DNA of 64,000 nt from Guillardia theta CCMP2712 (lineage: Eukaryota > Protista > Cryptophyta): contig NW_005434648.1 of assembly GCF_000315625.1 (NCBI RefSeq), positions 1-64,000 of the forward strand, given 5' to 3'. Shown one piece after another: positions 49,901-59,022 of this stretch (its first letter is position 1; the number at the start of each line of letters is the position of its first letter). Below the pieces are notes generated by a model. It worked only from the letters and a program-made list of their open reading frames with translations, ran no database searches and was not told where the DNA came from. Made by a program: the position numbers and the translations under genes.

Positions 49901-52900
49901 TGTGCCTGGAGGTTTAGCTTGTTCCTGCTTTGTTTTGCTTGAGGCACTTTTTACCTTCTGCCAGTAAATCCTATACCAGACCTCTCTGTCCACCTGGCGC
50001 TTGAGAAATACCACCGCTGGCCTTCCTCGCAGTACCTCGCCGCGCATCCCGACCTGCTAGAGTTTGCGAGGTTCAAGCGGGAGCTTCCGCATAGTCGGGG
50101 AGGGGACGAGTTCACGCCCTGTGAGGGTCTACACCCCGCTGTTTACTATACGGCTATCGCTCGCTTCCTCGCTTGGTACTCTGACCAGCCGATGTCCCGG
50201 ACGTTGCCCTCTCCTCATAGCCTGGACGTTCACTGCTCGAGATCTCTCCGTGCCCAGAAGCATCCTCTGGCGACCTTCTTCGTTGAGGCGCACGACTTCG
50301 TTCATAATGCTGGAGCGATCCTCTACCGTCGTGTGAGGGCTCCTGCACTGGCTGCAGATGGCGCGGCGATCCCACCTGCCCCGGCTGCTGTGCCTGATGA
50401 CGCAGGACGCCCCCCGGCATCTGTGGTACACATCCCTGGTTTGCGCGCTCTCGTCGACTCGTCTCATGAGCACTTCATTCCTCCGCCTGCGCAGCGAAAT
50501 GTGACCCCTCTTGTCATGCGCGTCTTCCCTCGCCATGTGCATGCTCGCGCTGCGCTGACCGATCAGCAGCGTGATATCCTCACCTTGCACAGCCGCAGGA
50601 CATACTCGCTCAAGTCGCAGGATAGGGTCTTGCAGTCTACCATCTTCGCTCATTTTCCTGAGCGTGACCTGAGTCACTCTCCGATGCGAGTCTCGAGCTA
50701 CTACCCCCTCAAGGCCTTCCTGCACCGCTATGCTCAGATGCTCGACTGCTATCTCCATGGCATGCCGATCTGCCAGTGTCCGACGGAATGTGATGGATGT
50801 CAGCGCGAGCTCGATCCCTCCGTTGCTGCACATCATCTCCAGACCTGCAAACGCCGATCCTCCAAGCTTCCCACGGCGCATGACAACCTTACTCGTACGA
50901 TTCGGTCGATGCTGAACGAAGTTGGTCTTCAGAGTATTCAGAGCGTCATCGATACAGTGGGGGATCCTCGTTCTCGACGGCAGGTACCCTCCCATCCTCA
51001 TGGCCGCAAGATGAAGGGCGATATCCACATCCCTACCTTCTGCCAGTAAATCCTATACTCCTGGAATCCGCGATCGAGTCGCATAGGATTTACTGGCAGA
51101 AGGTAAAAAGTGAGGGTCCGAGCAGTACGAGGGCTTGATGGCGGACGTGACGTTGGTCCACCCTTACATTGGCAGCTCTGCCGACCTGACCAAGTGAGGT
51201 CAACCTCGACGCCCTCCATGTTGCAGCGTCTGAGAAGATTCGCAAACATCGCGCTGCATATGCCATGACTACTCCTCCTCGAGCGTTCATCCCTCTTGCC
51301 ATCTCGACGGACGGTACCCTGCATCCTGACACCCTCCGCTTCATCTGGTATCTGGCGGACATCATTGCTCAGCGCTCGATGCCTCTTGAGGATGCGGCGT
51401 TTGGTCGGCACTTCGTGCCTGATTTACAGACCTGCTGCTGAGGTCTTGGCTCGCAAACGCGCCGCCACCTATCAGCGCCTCACTATGCAGCTGACGCTGG
51501 AGGCGCTCTTGTCTGGTGCGAGGCGCATGACGCCCTTGCGGGCGCAAGCACTTCTCGAGCCAGAGGACAGCTCCTCCTCGGACTTTGTCGAGTCGCCCGA
51601 GGGGGAGTCTTCGGCGGAGGTCTCCGACTCCGATGGGGGAAACACGTCGAGTGGCCCCGACGATCGGCGCGGAGCTGGCGAGGCGTCTCCGTCCCTCACT
51701 GTGACGTCGGGTGCCTCCGGAGAGCTCGACACCACTCGGGTGCTTGCTGCTGGTCCGAGCTCGCCTGCTTCCTCCCCGGCATCGGTCGGGTCACGCCGGT
51801 CCTTGGGCATTGCTGCGGCGTCGCCGCCGTCACGGGCGGCTACCGCTGACTCGGCTACCGCTGACTCGGACTCCGGAGGCTAGCGAGGAGGACTACCTCG
51901 AGCGGTACCGTGTTCCTGTGTCCAGCCTCCCTCCGTCCGCTGCCCCAGGCGGACCCCCGGGCAGCGCCGGCTCCTTGTCGGCGGCTGCCCTTTCTCCGTC
52001 CGCGGCCGCCCGCTTTGTGGCGGCAGCGGACGTCTCGACTGACAGTGGTCAGTCGGCTGCCTCCGGGTATCGTGTCTAAGGGATTTTATTCCTCCTGCAT
52101 GCTCCTGCTGCTTGTTGCTTGATTGCCTGACCCTTCGGCTGCTTGTCTGCGCGGCTTCGCGCTTGGGCTGGCGATGCCGCGTCTGGTTGCCAGCAGTGCT
52201 GAATATGGAGAGGATTTACTGGCAGAAGATAAAAAGTGCCTCAAGCAAGACAAAGCAGGAACAAGCTGAACCGGCAGGTACACAGCGCACAGCGACAAGC
52301 TGCACAATCACACACAAAACACAAGCCCGAAAAGAACCAGCACTGCTGGCACCCAGACGCGGCAGCGCCAGCCCAAGCGCGAAGCCGCGCAGACAAGCAG
52401 CCGAAGGGTCAAGCAATCAAGCAACAAGCAGCAGGAGCATGCAGGAGGAAGAAAATCCCTTAGACGCGATACCCGGAGGCAGCCGACTGACCACTGTCAG
52501 TCGAGACGTCCGCTGCCGCCACAAAGCGGGCGGCCGCGGACGGAGAAAGGGCAGCCGCCGACAAGGAGCCGGCGCTGCCCGGGTGTCCGCCTGGGGCAGC
52601 GGACGGAGGGAGGCTGGACACATGAACACGGTACCGCTCGAGGTAGTCCTCCTCGCTAGCCTCCGAGTCAGCGGTAGCCAAGTCAGTGGTAGCCGCCCGT
52701 GACGGCGGCGACGCCGCAGCAATGCCCAAGGACCGGCGTGACCCGACCGATGCCGGGGAGGAAGCAGGCGAGCTCGGACCAGCAGCAAGCACCCCAGTGG
52801 TGTCGAGCTCTGCCAGTAAATCCATCTCTGCTGACCTTCGACTCTTTCACAAAAGTCAGTCAGCCTCCGTTCTTCAGTGTACCTCGGGCGTCTGTCAGGG

Positions 52901-53900
52901 CGATGTCCCCTCCAGCGTATTTTTCTGCCACAGTATCCACCCCCTGCTCCTCCATATCGCAGAGCTTTTTCCCTCTGTTCGAGTCTTGGCCTATGCTGAC
53001 AACGTCGTGCTTGTCGGTCCACTCGAGGATGCCGTTGCAGCTACGTCCGCTAGAGATTCAACCTCGCCTGAGTCTGATCTCTCGCAGCTGAAGAAGAGCC
53101 TTAAGCGCCGTCTCAAGACTCAACTTCTTCACTTCGAGGTCGTCACTGGCGGGATTACACTTGGCGGCCTGCCTCGTTCACTGCGGGGCTGAATCTTTCG
53201 CTGATCTTCTTGCTGAAGCACAAGAGAAGTTCCCTGATGTACTGCAGGTGGATTTGACTGACATCCTCGACACCACTAGCCTGATCCAGGCGATCAAGCG
53301 CTACAGCTCCTTTGCGGGGACCGATGACCAAGGGTGGAGGATTCGGCAACACCTGTCTCCCCTCTCTAGTCATCCTGCAGCTTTGAAGCTCTACTGCAAA
53401 CATATCTTCCAAGGTAGTAGAGGATTTACTGGCAGAAGATAAAAAGTGCCTCAAGCAAGACAAAGCAGGAACACCAAGGGGTCCTTCTTGGCCAAATGCC
53501 GGATCTTCTTATTCCTGCCCTGTCAGCCATTCGTCGAGGAGGCAGATTTATTCCCCTCTCCAAGGGAGCTGATAAACCTGGTCTCCGGCCAATTGTCATC
53601 GGTTCCGAAGTTCTGCACACCGTCGACTCGCGACGAAGCTTGCTTTGGCAGCGATTCGCTCATTTCTTGACCAGCACTACCTCCTGGCACACAGCGCACA
53701 GCCGACGGTTTTACTAGGCACTTTTTCTAGTACTTTATACGAGTAAAACTCAGACCGTTGACGAAATCGCCATGCGCATTGAAGATCATGGTATCGTAAC
53801 ACAGAGCATTTGTCTCGGACAAAGTATGGACTTGACAAACTTGAATCACTCGCAGAAGGTAAAAAGTGCCTCACTGAAGCAGCAGAAAGCACGCGGCAAC
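46995..53900. mobile_element. Nested, scrambled cluster of CRE-like (RT plus CCHC plus restriction-like endonuclease) non-LTR retrotransposon fragments in both orientations; no intact copy
   Basis: RT motifs LSKG..KPGLRPI (~53560), LDAKNAFNSLDR and GVCQGD (48975-49519 -, 52825-53170 +), and AYADN (mutated YADD). Zinc knuckle CDGC...HLQTC...AHDN (~50790-50890) and RLE-like KGDI...ADVTLVHP (~51010-51165). The ORF C-terminus plus ~260-bp 3' UTR is repeated several times. Confidence 0.85.
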
Positions 53901-54470
53901 AACTTAGCAAAACCGTTAGGCAGAGAGCACACAGCAACCAAAGCGGTTACCGAAAGTAACCAGCTGAGCACTGCAGTGGCAACCTTTACCCATCAGGCTC
54001 ATACAACAGTTTATTGTTGAAACTTCAATAAACCACCCCCTTCGTTGTAATATCAATAGAATGACATACAAATTACTAGCCGTTATTATCCATACAGATC
54101 TTTCAATTGGGGGGGGGGTATTTTTGGTACTATACGCGGGGTGGGTGGATCTTCTTACCTCGAGCACCCCCTGTTATATTTCAGGCAAGAGTTCTTACCT
54201 CACCCCAAGTACCCTATACCCTTACTGAGCTGAGACCTGTAGGAAAAATGACCCCTACTGAAAAATGACCCCCCACCCCTCAATTCTCCGTCCCCTCCCC
54301 CCCCCCTCCCCCAATGGTGACCCAAAAATTAGAATCTCAAAAAAAAAGTCGAAATCGCGGTGTGGTGCAAACCCCGAACGGTAAAACAACAAAGGAGCAA
54401 CGAGAATATAGAATGTTGTGATTAAAAAAAAAGAACATCCCTGCAAATCCACCGGTACAAATCAATTCTT

Positions 54471-54913
54471 CCGAAGTCTAAACACCCGTCTGTTTATCTA
54501 TCAAAGTAAAAGTAGGGTTGGGTACCAGGTTTGTGGCTCAACAAACTTCGAATATTTCCCGCCTTCCCGCCTTACCGCCTTCATCCGAAGTCTAACTACC
54601 CGTTTGTTTATCTGTCGAACTTGAGTAGGGGTGGGTACCAGGTTTGTGGCCTTCCCGCCTTCCCGCCTTCATCCGAAGTCTAACTACCCGTTTGTTATCT
54701 GTCGAACTTGAGTAGGGGTGGGTACCAGGTTTGTGGCCTTCCCGCCTTCCCGCCTTCATCCGAAGTCTAACTACCCGTTTGTTATCTGTCGAACTTGAGT
54801 AGGGGTGGGTACCAGGTTTGTGGCCTTCCCGCCTTCCCGCCTTCATTCGAAGTCTAACTACCCGTTTGTTATCTGTCGAACTTGAGTAGGGGTGGGTACC
54901 AGGTTTGTGGCTC
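54471..54913 (+). repeat. 87-bp tandem array upstream of Fanzor (4 near-identical copies starting 54585, 54673, 54760 and 54847, plus a diverged copy at 54471)
   Basis: Unit ccgaagtctaactacccgtttgttatctgtcgaacttgagtaggggtgggtaccaggtttgtggccttcccgccttcccgccttcat. Confidence 0.95.
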
Positions 54914-55055
54914 TGTAAAGATTTCCCCGCCCTCCCGCCTTCTCTCCCTCCCTCCCATCCTCCCTCCCGCCTTCCATCACTCCCTTCTTCCCGCCCTCCC
55001 TCCCTCCCTCCCTCATTCCCGCCTTCCGAAGCTCCCGCGTTCACCCTGATCAAAT

Positions 55056-56984
55056 ATGGGGAAAAGGAAAAGAGGAAAACAAAGAAAGTCTTGTTCTGAT
55101 TCACAGACGACTGTCAAGATGTGTTTGAAAAAACATCTCAAACATCACACAATGATCGGTGTGATTGATGATTGGGTGAAACACATAAGCAAAATAAGCC
55201 ATCGAGGTAGCATCATCTTCAATCATCTATTGTTATGGTGTTTTGAGAAGGATTCAATGCAAGGTGATGATACGTACATTACAAGGCTGTTTGATCAGAT
55301 ATACAATCGTACTAGAAAAGTAACAGACAAAGAAAAAGAAGAAGGGATGCAAGAAGAAACGGTCAAGACCAATGGTGGAGAGAAAGTTTTCTTTCGGACC
55401 TGTTTTCTGATGGGTGAAAAACGCAGAGGTAATGCAATTCAGTTTGATATTTTAGACGAGTTTTGGCAAGAAAAAGGGAACAAGTATCTACCAATACAAC
55501 GCAGGAAAGAAGGGGATATTCGAGTACTGTACTATTCTGCTGATCAATATGCAACAAATTTCCAAAATTACATATTCTATACGATGGGACAAAAACAGAC
55601 TAGATACATAAAGGAATGGGGAAAGCTCAATGGGATTTCTTCAGAAAAGGAGATACAGGATATACGGAATACAGTAAACGGATGGAGCTTTCCACCAAAA
55701 ACTCGTGTTCTCGAAAGACAGGATGTCATTGATTTCATAAGGGAACAAAAAGAGATCATTGGATGGGACAATCATTATAACTTGTCATGGGCCCGTGACA
55801 AAATCAAGAAAAACCCTGAACAGCAAAAATGGATGCAATTACACATGCCAAATCTTGTCAAGTACCATTTTTCGGTTCTGAGGTTTTTGGAGATTCATGA
55901 TATATCTGATCGATACACGATCGCTCCGATTTTTCAGATACGCAAACAATTTATTCGCGTAGACATTTGGGGTTTATTCTACATTATGGATCAATCTGGT
56001 CTGTTGCAATATTCAAAGGGTGGGAAAAGCAAATGCATGAAAAAGTTCATACAACAAAAACATAAGCGATTCTTGTCGGTGTTGAAGCTACAATCAAATT
56101 TGAGAAAGAAAGGGACAGTTGATAGCATACAGACTGACGGAGTCGCACTCTGTGTGACGTTCAAGAAGAGAATACACAATGAGACAGACAATACTACTAC
56201 AAAGAAAAGCAAAACAAGAGATTGTGATGTGTCATCAAGACGAGTTATTGCAATCGATCCTGGTCGCAATGTACTGATATGCGGTGTCGAGCAAATACCT
56301 GGTCAAGAAAAACCAAAGCAGTATCGATATACTCGAAGGCAGTACTATCATGAGTCTCATATTACTCGGAATAACGCCAAGTTAGAAAAATGGAGACAAG
56401 GCATAACAGAAGAATCAAACGATATTGCAAGAGTGTCAGCAAAAACGTCTCGGTTGGATCACTTTGAAAGATACATCGACACCGTGGTGAGACTAAGCGA
56501 GATCCTGTTCGAACACAATTGTCAAAACAAGTTCGCACGCCTGAAGATGGATAACTACATCCACAAACACAAGGCGATTGATACGTTCTTCAAGAAGATG
56601 AAAGGTAATGGGACAGATCAAAATCCAATAATTGCATACGGTGATGCATCATTCGGTTGTACTGGGCGTGGAGAGAAGTCAGTGCCTGTAAAATGGATCA
56701 AAAGGCGATGTCAGAACTTCTTCGAGGTGACGGCAGTTGATGAATACAGAACGACAAAATGTTGCAATCAATGTCATCAAGAATTGTATGATTTGAGACG
56801 CAAACAAATCAACAAGAATGGTATACTTGCTGACGAAGTGTCAGTGGTGCGGGGTTTGAAATGGTGCAGATCCACCAATTGTGTTCAAAACCGTATCAAG
56901 TCTCGTGATGTCAATGCTGCTATGAATATTCTATTGTGCTACATGTCTCTACCAGCACGACCAGATTTTCTGAAACGGCCTTGA
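55056..56984 (+). CDS. Fz1: Fanzor1 (eukaryotic TnpB homolog), predicted RNA-guided DNA endonuclease, 642 aa, intronless
   Basis: RuvC-I VIAIDPGR (D401), Fanzor1-type IAYGDASF plus rearranged RuvC-II VDEYRTTKCC (E563), Zn finger CNQC...WCRSTNC, RuvC-III SRDVNAAMNI (D618), IQTDGVALCV motif, and an N-terminal basic NLS-like GKRKRGKQRK. Confidence 0.93.
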   Translation: MGKRKRGKQRKSCSDSQTTVKMCLKKHLKHHTMIGVIDDWVKHISKISHRGSIIFNHLLLWCFEKDSMQGDDTYITRLFDQIYNRTRKVTDKEKEEGMQEETVKTNGGEKVFFRTCFLMGEKRRGNAIQFDILDEFWQEKGNKYLPIQRRKEGDIRVLYYSADQYATNFQNYIFYTMGQKQTRYIKEWGKLNGISSEKEIQDIRNTVNGWSFPPKTRVLERQDVIDFIREQKEIIGWDNHYNLSWARDKIKKNPEQQKWMQLHMPNLVKYHFSVLRFLEIHDISDRYTIAPIFQIRKQFIRVDIWGLFYIMDQSGLLQYSKGGKSKCMKKFIQQKHKRFLSVLKLQSNLRKKGTVDSIQTDGVALCVTFKKRIHNETDNTTTKKSKTRDCDVSSRRVIAIDPGRNVLICGVEQIPGQEKPKQYRYTRRQYYHESHITRNNAKLEKWRQGITEESNDIARVSAKTSRLDHFERYIDTVVRLSEILFEHNCQNKFARLKMDNYIHKHKAIDTFFKKMKGNGTDQNPIIAYGDASFGCTGRGEKSVPVKWIKRRCQNFFEVTAVDEYRTTKCCNQCHQELYDLRRKQINKNGILADEVSVVRGLKWCRSTNCVQNRIKSRDVNAAMNILLCYMSLPARPDFLKRP

Positions 56985-57138
56985 ATCACACATGGGTCTG
57001 GTTATACTTCAACCTGTTCTTCATAGAAAGGATGAAGTACGAGTCAGACACAAGGAAATATTGGCGTGTGGGTCTTCAATGATCCATAATTTCGACGGAA
57101 AATTTAGAATTTTGAAATTTTATGTTTTGTGTCGTTTA
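56981..57138 (+). ncRNA. Candidate Fanzor omega-RNA scaffold (guide predicted immediately downstream)
   Basis: Nested stems TTGAA/TTCAA, CACAC/GTGTG, GTCTG/CAGAC, TACTTCA/TGAAGTA, CCT/AGG and TTCT/AGAA close a TCAT loop (56981-57079). A second hairpin lies at 57085-57124. The position at the ORF 3' end is as established for TnpB/Fanzor; the exact ends are unknown. Confidence 0.65.
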
Positions 57139-57185
57139 GCTAATAAACTCGACCAGCAAGTTCAGGGCAGAAGGTTGCGAGTTTC

Positions 57186-58697
57186 ATGGCGACGAAGCGT
57201 TCAGGGCAGAAGGTCGAGGTGCAGGAGCAACGTCTGCAGCTTGCAGATAGAGAGGAAGCCGTTGATGCTCCTGCACAGAAGAAGCGAGACAAGAAGGCCC
57301 GGAAGAGCAGCAGCTTCGCCGGGTCCTTGGAACATGGAGATTTGGTTGACCAAAGCAAGCAACCGGTTTCAATCTGCGTCTGGGTTCCTAAGGGAGGATG
57401 CGGCAAAACAACCTTCACCTTCCACATCAGCCGAATCTTTGCTGAGCGAGGATACAAGGTGCTGATGGTTGATTGCGATAGTCAGCGAGACCTGTCCCAG
57501 ATTTCGCTCCGGAAGAGGTTCGACGAAGAAACAGAGTACCAGGAGGATTACACGAGGTACATCACTAGAGAGGGCCCGAACAAAACGAGCGTCAACCGTA
57601 CCCTGTATCAGATGCTTCAGCCCCTTATTTCCCAGAATCTTGGGGAGTACCGCATTGCAGAGGCTAACCCTGAAGTCATCCTTGAGAAGACTGACAAGGG
57701 AGGCTGTCTGCACTTGCTGGCCGGCCATCATGAGACGGACGTGATCGACTCAAAGCTAGCCTCGCACGAATCCACCATCCAGACCTTTCCGCAAAACGCA
57801 GAACTCATTGGTGGGGTGTACGCTGCGATACAACGCGTTGCTCAGAACATGAAAGCTGACATAATCATCTGTGACCTGGCCCCGGGCAAGGGCCCATTCA
57901 CGCGGGCGCTCATGATGTCTTCAGACTACTACATCGTCCCCGTCAAGCCTGACTTCTACTCGTACGAGGCCGTCACCTCCATCGTCGATCGGATGACGCG
58001 GAACCCTGAAGGAGCAACGGGGTTCGCGGCAGAGAATCATTGCTGGATCGAGTACGCGCACACGTACCTTGTTCCCATGACGGCCAAATGCAAGTATCCC
58101 TTCCCAAAGAAGAGCCCAAAATTCCTCGGGTACGTCATCACCGATTACTCAGTGCACATCGCCAACAATGGGCAGATGGCTCAAGGTGTGGTCACAGAGC
58201 AGACGGCGAGGAATCGCGAGAGATGGATGAACGCCATTCACACGGTGGTTAACAGACGCGTCACTGACCTCGTCAACTTCTCGCTCACCAACGGCGATCG
58301 AGTTTCCTCCGCGTTTGAAGTTGCGAGCTACAACGCGCTCAATGTGGTGCCGTACCTCGTGGGGAAGGTTCGGTCCTTCGAGACCCTTCAGTCCATTAGC
58401 CACATCTGGGGAGTTCCAGTGCCCTTCCTCGACAAGGATAAGGGACACTTCGTGCGCGACGATGGCTTCGGGCAACTTGAGCCGATGAACGGGCGAGACA
58501 TTCCCACCTACGTGGCCAAGTGCGACTTCTTCAAGAGGATCTTTGATCAGATCGCATGGACTATGCTTTCTCTGATCCATTCTGACAATGGGCCTGGCCG
58601 TTGCAGGATCAAGGAGCCCGAGGACTTGCTGAAGAGCAAACTTGGCGGGCGACCGCCTCCATCTCCTCTCTTCTTCAACGCTGACCGTGACATGTGA
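57186..58697 (+). CDS. Bacterial-type ParA/Soj-family (SIMIBI) ATPase, intronless, 503 aa
   Basis: Deviant Walker A PKGGCGKTT, A' VLMVDCDSQ, LLAGH, Walker B IIICDLAPG, SDYYIVPVKPDFYS and PKFLGYVI. The N-terminal extension is basic. Confidence 0.85.
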   Translation: MATKRSGQKVEVQEQRLQLADREEAVDAPAQKKRDKKARKSSSFAGSLEHGDLVDQSKQPVSICVWVPKGGCGKTTFTFHISRIFAERGYKVLMVDCDSQRDLSQISLRKRFDEETEYQEDYTRYITREGPNKTSVNRTLYQMLQPLISQNLGEYRIAEANPEVILEKTDKGGCLHLLAGHHETDVIDSKLASHESTIQTFPQNAELIGGVYAAIQRVAQNMKADIIICDLAPGKGPFTRALMMSSDYYIVPVKPDFYSYEAVTSIVDRMTRNPEGATGFAAENHCWIEYAHTYLVPMTAKCKYPFPKKSPKFLGYVITDYSVHIANNGQMAQGVVTEQTARNRERWMNAIHTVVNRRVTDLVNFSLTNGDRVSSAFEVASYNALNVVPYLVGKVRSFETLQSISHIWGVPVPFLDKDKGHFVRDDGFGQLEPMNGRDIPTYVAKCDFFKRIFDQIAWTMLSLIHSDNGPGRCRIKEPEDLLKSKLGGRPPPSPLFFNADRDM

Positions 58698-58959
58698 GAG
58701 ATGCTCGTGCGGAGGCTTCTGATAGATGAGTCGAGTCAGTGTAAAGAAGCCGACGACGAGCGGGGCAAATGAAGTTACCTAACTTATTTACTCTTGTCGT
58801 GCTAAAGCTTGTTAAAGATCGATCGCATTAGAGAGAAACACATCACCGGAGTTTCACCTCGTGGAAAACGAGGAGCAGAGTATCTTGGCCTAGTATGCCG
58901 GCGGACCACTAGGATGTTCAACCAATCCTCAGAGTCCGTGCCTGCCGCTGCTGTGAGCC

Positions 58960-58986
58960 ATGTTTCTTGTCGTACATGGCGCTAGG

Positions 58987-59022
<36 letters not shown>

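Larger units (their letters stand above)
54319..57133 (+). mobile_element. Putative non-autonomous Fanzor1-carrying DNA transposon (degenerate TIRs, subterminal 87-bp array, Fanzor ORF, omega-RNA); boundaries tentative
   Basis: 54319-54342 matches the reverse complement of 57110-57133 at 19/24, and gtcgaaat (54348-55) matches atttcgac (57089-96) at 8/8. The segment is AT-rich and contains no transposase. No TSD was seen. Confidence 0.55.

Noticed and set aside
54471-54913. CRISPR-like array next to the nuclease
   Set aside because: The units are contiguous near-identical 87-mers with no unique spacers, so this is a tandem repeat.
57160-57218. ggcagaaggt matches the retrotransposon terminal motif, suggesting that Fanzor is guided against the retroelement
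   Set aside because: The match is only 10 nt, lies ~30 nt beyond the predicted scaffold end, and one copy is ParA coding sequence. Chance is likely.
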